Source: an uncultured Armatimonadetes bacterium (lineage in GTDB: Bacteria > Armatimonadota > Hebobacteria > Hebobacterales > Hebobacteraceae). From it: a stretch of DNA of 64,000 bases. Positions within the stretch are counted from its first letter, which is position 1; every line of letters starts with the position of its first letter. The translations under genes were made by a program, and so were the position numbers. The stretch covers positions 896,001-960,000 of the forward strand of contig OY970296.1 of the NCBI GenBank assembly GCA_963716175.1, written 5' to 3'. Below, piece by piece: positions 27,766-37,273 of the stretch. The notes under the pieces were generated by a model. It was given only the letters and a program-made list of their open reading frames with translations. It had not been told where the DNA came from and did no database searches.

Positions 27766-28500
27766 TCAGTCCCAAACCTTGTGGAACCGCAGGAAGGCCT
27801 CGATCTTCGCCTTCACCGGCCCCGACAGCACGCCGTCTGCGTCCACGTAGAGGCCATCATACTTCCGCGCCAGATGCCGGGCGGTGATGTTCTTGGGGCA
27901 GAAGGTCTGAGCGAAGAAGACCGTGGGCCGGCCCGGCGGCACATAGGCCTCCAGCTCCCACGCCGCCGGAGTCCGGTTCTCCAGGCAGCGCGTCCATCCC
28001 AGGATCTGAGAGCCATCCGGGAACAGCTCGTAGATGGAGAAATGGGCCGCCGGCACCCCCCAGATCGCCGCCCGCGGCGCGGGCTCGGCCCGCAGGTCGA
28101 GGGGCTGCGGCCGCACCAGCGCATCCAGGATCAGCTCCATCTTGCGCATCACGGGGAGATCGCAATCGCAGACTGGCGTGCCCGCGCCCCGCCGATTCTC
28201 GTTGTGGGTCCGCACTACCGGGATGCTGAGCCGGTCGGCCAGCAGGTCGGCCAGACCCCGGGCCGAGTCGCACTTGCCGTAGCCCTCGTCAATCACGATC
28301 TCGTCCAGATCGAGGGAGAGCGCGTTATCGAGCACGCGCCTGATGATGCGACACGTAGTGCGAGGCAGCAGCGCCTCGCTGTGAGGAGCCACCCCCGCGA
28401 TGAGATTGTCCAGATCAACCAGCACCTGCTCCCGGCGGGGCGCCAGCGCTTCCTCGGGCGGACAGCCCACGAAGCCAATCCTGCGCCTGCTCTCACTCAT
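27766..28500 (-). CDS. Conserved hypothetical Cys-containing protein, possibly a short 2-hydroxyacyl-CoA dehydratase-like Fe-S subunit
   Basis: IGFVGCPP, TTCRII, GYGKCDS, WTRCLEN, QTFCPKN; directly upstream of the activator-like ATPase. Confidence 0.6.
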   Translation of the reverse strand: MSESRRRIGFVGCPPEEALAPRREQVLVDLDNLIAGVAPHSEALLPRTTCRIIRRVLDNALSLDLDEIVIDEGYGKCDSARGLADLLADRLSIPVVRTHNENRRGAGTPVCDCDLPVMRKMELILDALVRPQPLDLRAEPAPRAAIWGVPAAHFSIYELFPDGSQILGWTRCLENRTPAAWELEAYVPPGRPTVFFAQTFCPKNITARHLARKYDGLYVDADGVLSGPVKAKIEAFLRFHKVWD

Positions 28501-28816
28501 GCTGCCCGCCCGCGCCGCCGAGTTGGAGCCAGAGCACTGTCATCCTCTGCTCAGCCTGAAGGCCTCGCACCTCGCCGGGGGCGGCAGCCGCGAAATCCCC
28601 TGCCGACACCGCCAGCACCTCATCGCCGATCGTCAGGGAGCCCTCGCCCTCCACCACATAGCACAGCATCTCCTCCGAGTCGCGCCGCGCCGGCAGACCT
28701 TGACCTGGCTCCAGGCACAGCAGGAAGGCGCGCACGCGCTGCGACCCATACAGGAGCTGGGGGAGGAATCGGCGGGGCGAGAAATCCAGCTTGTCCAGGA
28801 GACGAGTTGGTCTCAT
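28493..28816 (-). CDS. Cupin domain protein
   Basis: LEPGQGLP, YVVEGEGSLTIGDE...AGD....PGEVRG; the metal-binding histidines are replaced. Confidence 0.8.
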   Translation of the reverse strand: MRPTRLLDKLDFSPRRFLPQLLYGSQRVRAFLLCLEPGQGLPARRDSEEMLCYVVEGEGSLTIGDEVLAVSAGDFAAAAPGEVRGLQAEQRMTVLWLQLGGAGGQHE

Positions 28817-28979
28817 AGGCGCGGCCCGGCCGTCTGACTCAGGGCCCCATCCTCATCGGTTCGGCGCTCCCGCCCGGCTCCCCTGCGGCCCAAGCGCCGG
28901 CCGCGCTGACAGCAGGAGTCACTATGCGCCGCGCCGAAGCCCTCCCCCAAACTCCAGCAATGCTGGGGGGGACAAACGA

Positions 28980-29771
28980 GTGACCATCATTGACCCCAAA
29001 GAGCTGTGTGACCTCGACGCTGTTGCGGTGACGATCTGGTGGCTGGGGAACGCCGGTTTTGCCATTAACGCAGCCGGAAGGCTGATCCTCATAGACCCGG
29101 TGATCGAGCTGCACGACGACTCGGATCCGGTGACCTCTGAGATCGGTCTGCCCCTGCTGGAGCCGCTGCCCATCCGGGCCCGCAATGTCCTTCGCGCCGA
29201 CTTGGTGCTGATCACCCATGACCATGGCGACCACCTCGGGCAGCGCACCTTCCCGGACCTGATCGCCCGCACTCACGCCGTTTTCGTGGGCACCGAGCGC
29301 ACCGCCCTCAAGCTGCGCCAGTGCGGCCTCCACGAAGAGCGCATCCGCCTCGCCCGCTACGGCCAGCTCATCCGCATCGGAGACATCGCCGTCACGCCCA
29401 CCGTGGCGCGCCACGAGGAAGACGCCATCCACACCCAGCGCGGCGACTGCTGCGGGTTCATCGTGCGGGTCGCCGGGGTCACCTTCTGGCACCCCAATGA
29501 CACCGATCTCATGGAGGAACATCTGAAGGTCACAGGCATTGACGTGCTGTTGCTGCCCATTGCCCCTCACGTGCTGGGCACAGAGGGGGGAATCAGGCTG
29601 GCGAACTCCACCCGCGCCAGGCACATCATCCCCTGTCACTACGGCACCTACGACTCAGACCTCTACTGGTGCACTGGCGATCCGCTGGCGGTCGGCGCCG
29701 GCATCGAGGACGCCAAGCGCCGCTATCACGTCCTGGGCATCGGCGAGAAATTCGTCCTGCCGGCCCGTTAG
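28980..29771 (+). CDS. MBL-fold metallo-hydrolase (UlaG-like)
   Basis: WWLGNAGF, LIDP, ITHDHGDHL, IIPCHYGT; GTG start after GGGGGA. Confidence 0.88.
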   Translation: MTIIDPKELCDLDAVAVTIWWLGNAGFAINAAGRLILIDPVIELHDDSDPVTSEIGLPLLEPLPIRARNVLRADLVLITHDHGDHLGQRTFPDLIARTHAVFVGTERTALKLRQCGLHEERIRLARYGQLIRIGDIAVTPTVARHEEDAIHTQRGDCCGFIVRVAGVTFWHPNDTDLMEEHLKVTGIDVLLLPIAPHVLGTEGGIRLANSTRARHIIPCHYGTYDSDLYWCTGDPLAVGAGIEDAKRRYHVLGIGEKFVLPAR

Positions 29772-29795
29772 TGCAGGGAGACAGGAGGAACACCG

Positions 29796-31115
29796 ATGAC
29801 CCAAGCTCCGTCTGAGCAGTACCTCCGCGAGGAGCTGCGCGCGCTCTCGGAAGAGGGCTTCGATATCTCCCAGCCCACTCGCCAGTTGAGCGAGCTTGCC
29901 GGCCGCGCGGATCGCGAGGCAGATCAGAGGAGGCGGGAAATCGAGGTCAGCCTGCCTGGTTTGCCTCTCCGGCCCGACATCACCTACCACGAGCCATCGG
30001 ACCTGGAGGGCATTCGCGCTGCCCGCCCCGAGGGCCCGCCGAAGCTCTCCCACAAGATCAGCAAGGCCGCGCTGGCCGACAAGACTCGCGGCGCCTGGCT
30101 GGGGCGGGCCGCCGGCTGTCTGCTCGGGAAGCCGTGCGAAGGCTGGGATCGGCAGACCATCGAGCGCGCCCTTCGCTCCCTGGGGGAGTGGCCGCTCCGC
30201 GATTACTGGCCGGTGGCTGACCCGCCGCCAGGCGGCATCACCTACCCCTCACCCGCCGATCCCTCCCTCCGCCAGAACATCACCCGCATGACCCGGGATG
30301 ACGACATGGACTACCCCATCCTGGGTCTGCACCTCTTCGAGGCTTACGGGCCTGCCTTCAACACTGGGGACGTCGCGAGGGAGTGGCTCAATCGTCTGCC
30401 CTATGGCTGCGTCTACACCGCCGAGCACATCGCCTACCGCAACCTGGTGAACGGGATGGCGCCCCCGGAGACCGCGCGCTACCGCAACCCTTACCGGGAA
30501 TGGATCGGCGCTCAGATCAGGGCCGACATCTGGGGTTGGGCCGCGCCCGGCCAGCCAGAGCTGGCGGCCGACTTCGCCTGGCGCGACGCCGCGCTCTCCC
30601 ACACCAGGAACGGCATCTACGGCGAGATGTTCTTCGCCGCTCTGCTGGCCGCGGCCTTCGTCGAGCCGGACGTGCACCAGCTCATCGAGATCGGGCTCTC
30701 CGAGATCCCGCGGAACTGTCGCTTCCGAGAGGCCGTCCTAGACACTGTGGACTGGTGCGCGCACGACCCCGATTGGGAGGCCACCTGGGGCCGGATCAAC
30801 GACAAGTACGGCCACTACCACGGCGTCCACACCATCAACAATGCCGCGGTGGTGCTGATGGCCCTGCTTCACAGCCGCGGTGACTTCGGCCGCGCCATCG
30901 CCATCGCGGTCATGGGCGGGTGGGACACCGACTGCAATGGCGCCACCGCCGGCTCGGTGATGGGCACCATCCTCGGCGCCAAGGCCTTGCCAGCCCAGTG
31001 GATCACTCCGCTGCACGACCGCATCTCCAGCATCGTGATCGGCTTCACCGAGATGCGGATCTCGGAGCTGGCCCGCCGCACCACCGCGGTGCAGCACCGC
31101 GCTCTGGCCGCGTAG
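29796..31115 (+). CDS. ADP-ribosylglycohydrolase family protein
   Basis: GAWLGRAAGCLLG, RDDDMDY, REWIGAQIRAD, SHTRNGIYG, GWDTDCNGATAG. Confidence 0.92.
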   Translation: MTQAPSEQYLREELRALSEEGFDISQPTRQLSELAGRADREADQRRREIEVSLPGLPLRPDITYHEPSDLEGIRAARPEGPPKLSHKISKAALADKTRGAWLGRAAGCLLGKPCEGWDRQTIERALRSLGEWPLRDYWPVADPPPGGITYPSPADPSLRQNITRMTRDDDMDYPILGLHLFEAYGPAFNTGDVAREWLNRLPYGCVYTAEHIAYRNLVNGMAPPETARYRNPYREWIGAQIRADIWGWAAPGQPELAADFAWRDAALSHTRNGIYGEMFFAALLAAAFVEPDVHQLIEIGLSEIPRNCRFREAVLDTVDWCAHDPDWEATWGRINDKYGHYHGVHTINNAAVVLMALLHSRGDFGRAIAIAVMGGWDTDCNGATAGSVMGTILGAKALPAQWITPLHDRISSIVIGFTEMRISELARRTTAVQHRALAA

Positions 31116-31162
31116 GGCTGGTGCAGGGCGGATATGCGCAGCATGCCCGCCGAGCCGCCACC

Positions 31163-32182
31163 TCAGCGCATCTCGTCCGGCCTCACATACCTGCCCGTCT
31201 TCGCTGACTTGTAGGCCGCCAGCGCGATCGCCAGGTTCTTGCGCGATTCCCGCGCCGGGCTGGGCTTGACGGCGCCGGTCTTCACCAGCTTCACCAGCAC
31301 GTTCATCATCCCGCCTCGCCGCGCCGGCGTTTTCAGCGGCTGCATCCCTTTCGCGGTGGCCACCACCGCCGGCTCCTTGAAGGCCGCGGGATCCATGTGC
31401 ACCGCACCCTTGGTGCCTATGATCTTGGTCCAGTGAGGCCAGTACCCGTCTCCGGTCCAGGTGTCCTCGATCACCGCCACCAGGCCGTTGCTGAAGCGCA
31501 GCGTCGCCATGCCCCAGTCCTCCACCGTCATCCTGGGATAGCGCCGGTTGGCCATCTCGCCGTGCACTGACTCGACCTCGGCCTCAAACAGCGCCCGCAG
31601 CATGTCAATGGTGTAGATGGCGTGGTCGGCCCAGGCCCCGAAGGGGACCAGCTTGGCATCAACCCACCAGCCGGGATCCTTGCTGTTGGGCCAGGCCTGC
31701 GGCAGCCCGCCCTCCATCACGTGGTAGAGCGCCAACGGTACTCCCAGGCGGCCCCGCTTCAGCAGCGCCTTCAGCTGCGGGTTCACCCCGGCGCGCCCCA
31801 GCTGATCGAACGACCAGAGCACGCGCCGTTTCTTCTCGGCCAGCGCGATCAAGGCGTCGGCCTGGCGCAGGTTCATGGCCATGGGCTTCACGCAGGCGAC
31901 GTGCTTGCCGGCCTGCAGCGCCCGCCGCGTCACCGCTACACTGTCCCGGGTGTTGACCAGAGAGCAGATCAGGTCAACCTCGGGATCCGCGATCACCTTG
32001 GCGAAGCTGGCGGTTACATAGTCAGCCCGATGCTTCTTCGCCACCTCCGCCAGGCGCCGCCTCGACTTATCCGCAATCGCCACTAGCCGCGTCGCCGGAT
32101 TCTGGCTGGCGTCCCGCAACACCCCAAACGCGGTGTACCAGTGATCCAGTCCCACCACTCCCACGCCGATCTGGTTTGCCAT
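31163..32182 (-). CDS. Gfo/Idh/MocA family oxidoreductase
   Basis: IGVGVVGL, GKHVACVKPMA, DHAIYTID, VEDWG. Confidence 0.88.
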   Translation of the reverse strand: MANQIGVGVVGLDHWYTAFGVLRDASQNPATRLVAIADKSRRRLAEVAKKHRADYVTASFAKVIADPEVDLICSLVNTRDSVAVTRRALQAGKHVACVKPMAMNLRQADALIALAEKKRRVLWSFDQLGRAGVNPQLKALLKRGRLGVPLALYHVMEGGLPQAWPNSKDPGWWVDAKLVPFGAWADHAIYTIDMLRALFEAEVESVHGEMANRRYPRMTVEDWGMATLRFSNGLVAVIEDTWTGDGYWPHWTKIIGTKGAVHMDPAAFKEPAVVATAKGMQPLKTPARRGGMMNVLVKLVKTGAVKPSPARESRKNLAIALAAYKSAKTGRYVRPDEMR

Positions 32183-32308
32183 TCCTCACTCCTCGCCCGT
32201 GGTATTGACCTAAGCAGGCTCACTATTCCCGCTGGCCGTCGCCGCTCCTTCTCACCCGCAGGACCTGCCAGCAGCCGCGCCGAAGCTCTCCGGGCCGGAG
32301 GAGCTGCC

Positions 32309-33502
32309 ATGAGCGACAGCGGCAAGGCCGAGATCCCCGATCTGAAAGCTCACCTGCTCACTCGCGTCCTCCCGTTCTGGGAAGAGCACAGTCTGGACCA
32401 GGACTACGGTGGCTTCATCACCCATCTCGCCCGCGATGGCACCATCACTGATGCCTCCCGGAAATCCCTGGTGCCGCAGGCGCGCATGGTCTACAGCCTC
32501 GCCGCCGGCGCCGGCCTGGGCGGACCCTCCCAGTGGCTGAATGCCGCCCGCCAAGGCGCCGGGTTCCTGCTGCAGCGCTTCCGCGATGTCGAGCAGGACG
32601 GCTGGTTCTGGTGCGTGAGCCGCCAGGGAAACCCCCTTGAGACTGCCAAGCGGACGTATGGACATGCCTTTGTCATCTACGCCCTCTCCGAGTACGGCCG
32701 GATCGCCGGCGACAACCGCGCCCTCGCCGCCGCCGACCACACCTGGAGCCTGGTCGCCGAGCGCCTCTGGGACACCACCCACCAGGGCGCGATCGAGGCC
32801 TGCGATCGCGACTGGCGGCCCACCGATCCGAGCCACACCATGGGCACCCACCTTCATATCCTGGAGGCCTTGCTGGCCCTCGATCAAGCCCTGGGCGGCC
32901 GCCTCCACTGGCCCCGGGTGCGCCGCCTCTGCGATCTCATTGTCGCCCGCATGGTGGAGCCACAGCATCGCTGCGCCCTGGAGAAGTTCCATCCCGACTG
33001 GACTCACGACCGGGAGGCGAGCAGAGATCTGATTGACTACGGCCACAACCTGGAGGCGGCCTGGCTGCTGCTGCGAGTGCACCAGATGGAGGAGACTGCC
33101 GCCTACCAGGAGACCGCGCGGGGTTTTCTCGATTACGCGCTGCGCTTCGGATTGGATACCAACTATGGGGGGGTCTTCTCCCACGGGCCCCTCGGGGAGG
33201 CGGCCACGGTGCGCCAGAAGATCTGGTGGGTGCAGACCGAGGCCTTGGTAGCCTTCCTGCTCGGCTATCTGGTCTTCGCCGACCGCCGCTATTGGGATGC
33301 CTTCCGGAACGTGGTGAGCTTCTGCCTGCGGTGCCTGCACGACCCCGAGCATGGCGAGTGGTATCACTCCACGGAGGAGGACGGCACCCCCCGAGACACC
33401 ACCAAGGGGTCGGCCTGGAAAGCGGCCTACCATATCACGCAGGCCTGCCTGTACGCGCATGAGTATCTGGGCCAGATCAGGGACGCCCCCGGATCGCCTT
33501 GA
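32309..33502 (+). CDS. AGE family epimerase/isomerase (cellobiose 2-epimerase-like)
   Basis: VLPFW, QARMVY, YGHAFVIYALSEY, HLHILEA, YGHNLEAAWLL, KIWWVQTE, WKAAYH. Confidence 0.92.
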   Translation: MSDSGKAEIPDLKAHLLTRVLPFWEEHSLDQDYGGFITHLARDGTITDASRKSLVPQARMVYSLAAGAGLGGPSQWLNAARQGAGFLLQRFRDVEQDGWFWCVSRQGNPLETAKRTYGHAFVIYALSEYGRIAGDNRALAAADHTWSLVAERLWDTTHQGAIEACDRDWRPTDPSHTMGTHLHILEALLALDQALGGRLHWPRVRRLCDLIVARMVEPQHRCALEKFHPDWTHDREASRDLIDYGHNLEAAWLLLRVHQMEETAAYQETARGFLDYALRFGLDTNYGGVFSHGPLGEAATVRQKIWWVQTEALVAFLLGYLVFADRRYWDAFRNVVSFCLRCLHDPEHGEWYHSTEEDGTPRDTTKGSAWKAAYHITQACLYAHEYLGQIRDAPGSP

Positions 33503-33528
33503 CACCTCGGCATGGAGCTTGCTACAAT
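33499..33528 (+). promoter_or_regulatory. Near-consensus sigma70 promoter
   Basis: TTGACA-18 nt-TACAAT with a TGn extended -10. Confidence 0.75.
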
Positions 33529-33563
33529 CCCGCTGGATTGCGGCAGTGGATGCAGGAGGATTG

Positions 33564-33764
33564 ATGCCGACGATTGATCTTGAGCAGCTGCGGACTGTCT
33601 CTCCTAGCTTGCCCCGTTTCCTCGAGTTCGAGCGCGAGATCGAGGAGAGCATCCGGCAGGAGGACTCTTTCCGCAAGGAAGAGCACGAAGAGGAGAAAAG
33701 GGCGCGGGAGAAGCGGGCGCGCAAGAAGCGCTTGAGGAAGCTGCGGCAACTGCAGCAGCAGTGA
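33564..33764 (+). CDS. Small charged protein (66 aa), possibly a divergent ribosomal protein bS21-like
   Basis: RBS AGGAGG, its own promoter, basic tail RKEEHEEEKRAREKRARKKRLRK. Confidence 0.6.
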   Translation: MPTIDLEQLRTVSPSLPRFLEFEREIEESIRQEDSFRKEEHEEEKRAREKRARKKRLRKLRQLQQQ

Positions 33765-33863
33765 GCAAGTTGCCTCCGCAGCACCAGCGGGTGGGGCGCG
33801 TCTCGCCGGCCCCCTCGAGGTGGCACCAGGGGAGCCCCACATCACGGTGGGGCTTTCTGCCTA

Positions 33864-33989
33864 GAGCGCATTTCGTAACCTACCTGCTAGCTGGCCGCAC
33901 CACGCCCTCGCGTGAAATGCGCCTGCCACGGCCTGACGTTGTGCAGTGCTGTTTCATAACCTCCCCTGGGAAGGCTATGAAACAGCTTC
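33864..33989. mobile_element. 126-bp MITE-like element, copy 2
   Basis: Near-identical to 3219-3344, in CTAG...CTAG context, ending 11 nt before the accB start. Confidence 0.7.
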
Positions 33990-34000
33990 TAGATTGACCC

Positions 34001-34467
34001 ATGAACCAGGAAGCCTATAACCAGCTCGCCGCTCTGCTGCGTCTGTTCCAGCAGCACGGCCTGGATGAGCTTCTGGTAGAAGATGACTCCTTCAAGCTCC
34101 GCCTGCGCCGCGGCCGCGCCGACCACATGCCGGCTCGCACCCCTGTCGTGCCGCCTCCCTCTGCTGCGCCTCCCCGGCCGGCTGGGCGCACCACCCGCAC
34201 GGTGGCGGTCCGCTCCCCGCTCATTGGGATCTTCTACCGCGCCCCGCGTCGGACACTCCAGCCTTCGTGGAGATCGGAGACAGCGTGGAGGAGGGGCAGA
34301 CGGTCTGCGTCGTGGAGGCGATGAAGGTGTTCAATGAGATCAAGGCGGAGTGGAGCGGCCGCGTCATCGCCATCCCGGCCGAGGATGGCAAGCTGGTGCA
34401 GGCCGGTGAGCCGCTGATCGTGCTCGAATTCCCCCGCGAGGGCCAGCCGGCCAAGGAGGCGGTCTGA
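34001..34467 (+). CDS. accB: Biotin carboxyl carrier protein (frameshift at the C-run 34242-34245)
   Basis: GLDELLVE, VRSPLIGIFYRAP in one frame, then PAFVEIGDSVEEGQTVCVVEAMKVFNEI with the EAMK biotinylation site in the next; one added C restores the gene. Confidence 0.9.
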
Positions 34468-35768
34468 TGGCAGAGCAGCCCATCTACCTCGGCATCATCG
34501 GCTTCGGGAACGTCGGCTCCGGCACCTATCACACCCTCCTGGAGAATCAGGCGAGCATTGACCGGAAAGTGGGCCGGCCCCTGCGGGTGAAGCGCATCGC
34601 GGATGTGGACTGGTCCCGTCCCCGGCCGCTCGGGGTGAGCGTGCCGCCCGAACTGCGGACCACCGACGCCCGCACCCTGATCAACGATCCGGAGATCGCG
34701 ATCGTCGTGGAATGCATCGGTGGCATCCAGCCATCGCTCAACCTGGTGCTGGAGGCGCTGCGCGGCGGCAAGAGCGTGGTGACCTCCAATAAGGAGCTGG
34801 TGGCCCGCCACGGCAAGGAGCTGTTCGACGCCGCCGCCGCGCGCGGCCTCGATCTCGCCTTCGAGGGCAGCGTGGGTGGCGGCATCCCCATCGTCCGGCC
34901 GCTCAAGAGCTGCCTCGCCGGCAACCGCATCAGCCGCATCATGGGCATCGTCAATGGCACCACCAACTTCATCCTCACCCGCATGCGCGAGCAAGGGACC
35001 GAGTTCGGCGAGGCGCTGGCAGAGGCACAGCAGCTCGGCTATGCGGAACCGGACCCGACCAATGACGTGGAGGGCTTCGACGCCGCCTTCAAGCTGGCGA
35101 TTCTGGCCTCCATCGCGTTCGAGACCCGGGTGCTGGTGGAAGACATCCACCGGGAGGGGATCACCGGCCTGGCGGCGCGCGACATGGAGTACGCCCGGCA
35201 GTTCGGGTACATCATCAAGCTGCTCGCCATCGGCGCCGAGGTGGAGGGCGGCCTGGAGCTGCGGGTGCACCCCACCTTGCTCCCCCTGAGCCATCCTCTG
35301 GCTGCCGTGAGCGGGCCCTTCAATGCCATCTTCGTGCGCGGCAGCTCGGTGGGGGAGGTGATGTTCTACGGGCAGGGAGCAGGCCCTCTGCCCACCGGGT
35401 CGGCGATGGTCGGGGACATCATTGATGTGGCGCGCAACCTCCGCTTCGGGGCCACCGGCCGCGTGGCTTGCACCTGCTTCGAGGAGAAGCCGGCCCGCCC
35501 CATCGAGGAACTGCGAACTCGCTATTATCTCAGGACCCAGGTGGCGGATCGGCCCGGGGTGCTGGCCGCCATCGCCAAGGTCTTCGGCGAAGAGGGAGTG
35601 AGCCTCGCCTCGGTGCTCCAGGTGGCCGCCTCCGGGCAGACCGCGGAGATCGTGTGGCTGACCCACGAGACCCGGGAGCGACAGATGAGGCGCTCCCTGG
35701 AGCGCATCGCCGCACTGCCGGAGGTGCACCAGATCAACAGCCTCATCCGCGCCGAGGACCAGGAGTGA
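34467..35768 (+). CDS. hom: Homoserine dehydrogenase with C-terminal ACT domain
   Basis: GFGNVG, VVTSNK, FEGSVGGGIP, NGTTNFIL, GYAEPDP, GQGAG, DRPGVLA. Confidence 0.97.
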   Translation: MAEQPIYLGIIGFGNVGSGTYHTLLENQASIDRKVGRPLRVKRIADVDWSRPRPLGVSVPPELRTTDARTLINDPEIAIVVECIGGIQPSLNLVLEALRGGKSVVTSNKELVARHGKELFDAAAARGLDLAFEGSVGGGIPIVRPLKSCLAGNRISRIMGIVNGTTNFILTRMREQGTEFGEALAEAQQLGYAEPDPTNDVEGFDAAFKLAILASIAFETRVLVEDIHREGITGLAARDMEYARQFGYIIKLLAIGAEVEGGLELRVHPTLLPLSHPLAAVSGPFNAIFVRGSSVGEVMFYGQGAGPLPTGSAMVGDIIDVARNLRFGATGRVACTCFEEKPARPIEELRTRYYLRTQVADRPGVLAAIAKVFGEEGVSLASVLQVAASGQTAEIVWLTHETRERQMRRSLERIAALPEVHQINSLIRAEDQE

Positions 35769-35772
35769 GACC

Positions 35773-36873
35773 ATGAGATCACGACCGGAGTGGCCCGGCG
35801 TCATCGAGGCCTACCGCGAGTTCCTGCCGGTGTCTCCGTCCACCCCTGTGGTCACGCTGCTGGAGGGCAATACCCCCCTGCTGCCGGCGCCGAACCTGCA
35901 AGAGCGAATCGGCCTGCCCATCCCGCTCTATCTGAAATACGAGGGCGCCAACCCCACCGGCTCTTTCAAGGACCGCGGAATGACCATGGCCGTGTCCAAG
36001 GCCCTGGAGGAGGGCCAGCGAGCGGTGATCTGCGCCTCCACCGGCAACACCGCCGCCTCCGCCGCCGCCTACGCGGCCAAGGCCGGCCTCCAGTGCATCG
36101 TCGTGCTGCCCCTGCGCTACATCGCCATGGGCAAGCTCGCCCAGTCGCTGGTGCACGGGGCGAGGGTGGTGGCGATTGACGGCGTCTTCGACGACGCCTT
36201 CCGCATCGTGGTCGAGATCAGCAGCAACCACCCGGTCCAGTTGGTCAACTCCGTCAACCCCTATCGCATTGAAGGGCAGAAAACCGGGGCCTTCGAGATC
36301 TGCGAAGCCCTGGGTGACGCGCCCGTCTACCACGCCATCCCGGTGGGCAACGCGGGCAACATCACCGCTTACTGGAAGGGCTACTGCGAGTACCACAGGC
36401 TGGGGCGCAGCCGCCGCCGGCCCAAGATGCTCGGCTTTCAGGCCGAGGGCGCGGCCCCCATCGTGCGGGGCGAGGCCATCGCGGATCCTCAGACCATCGC
36501 CACTGCTATCAAGATCGGTAACCCGGCGAGCTGGAAGGGCGCGGTGGCCGCCCGCGACGAATCCGGAGGGCTGATCACGACCGTAACCGATGACGAGATC
36601 ATTGAGGCCTATAAGATGCTGGCCGGGGTGGAGGGCGTTTTCTGCGAGCCCGCCTCCGCCACCTCGGTGGCTGGCGTCGCCAAGCTGACCCGGCAGGGCT
36701 ACTTCGCGGGCGAGCAGGCGACTGACGCCTCCGTGGTCTGCATCATCACCGGCCATGGCCTCAAGGACCCCGACCGCGCCATTGCCACCGCCGCCGAGCC
36801 GGAGAAGGTGGAGGCGAATGTGGAGGCGGTGGTGGAGTTGCTAGGGTTGAGGGAACCGGCGCTGGTTCCGTAG
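35773..36873 (+). CDS. thrC: Threonine synthase
   Basis: EGNTPL, NPTGSFKDRG, CASTGNT, PVGNAGNI, FCEPASA, TGHGLKDPD. Confidence 0.97.
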   Translation: MRSRPEWPGVIEAYREFLPVSPSTPVVTLLEGNTPLLPAPNLQERIGLPIPLYLKYEGANPTGSFKDRGMTMAVSKALEEGQRAVICASTGNTAASAAAYAAKAGLQCIVVLPLRYIAMGKLAQSLVHGARVVAIDGVFDDAFRIVVEISSNHPVQLVNSVNPYRIEGQKTGAFEICEALGDAPVYHAIPVGNAGNITAYWKGYCEYHRLGRSRRRPKMLGFQAEGAAPIVRGEAIADPQTIATAIKIGNPASWKGAVAARDESGGLITTVTDDEIIEAYKMLAGVEGVFCEPASATSVAGVAKLTRQGYFAGEQATDASVVCIITGHGLKDPDRAIATAAEPEKVEANVEAVVELLGLREPALVP

Positions 36874-36976
36874 TAGGGCAGGTCCCCCTAGGCCGCCTGC
36901 CGCGGCCGGGGTGGCGGCCCGCTGCGCAGGTTGAGCCACGCGACCTGCCCGGCGGGCATGGGCATGCCCGCCCTAC
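36873..36976. repeat. GTAG REP inverted pair
   Basis: GTAGGGCAGG...CCTGCC and CGGCGGGCATGGGCATGCCCGCCCTAC. Confidence 0.65.
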
Positions 36977-37273
36977 AACGAGCTGCCTCCTGCCAATCCG
37001 ACTGCCGTTACCGCATCCCGGCGGTTCTAGCGGTCGTCGGTCGCTTTTCTCCCCCTTTCTCCGCCGTGCGCCCGCCGGGCCGGCCGATGATCCAGCGTAT
37101 AGTACCCCAGGTCCCGAGGGTGGGAGGCGGGCGCACGGCGGGGAAAGGGCCTCGCAGCGGGGACAGGAGACAGGCTCCTGCCCAAAGAACGGGAACCCCA
37201 CGTAGGTAGAAGAATGAGAGGAGAAGCTCGTGTGCGCAGTGGCCTAGTGCAGACTGAACTGAGGGGAGGCGGA

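Noticed and set aside
29796-31115. ADP-ribosylglycohydrolase as an antitoxin or defence gene
   Set aside because: No ADP-ribosyltransferase is nearby and the context is sugar metabolism, which is common for this subfamily.
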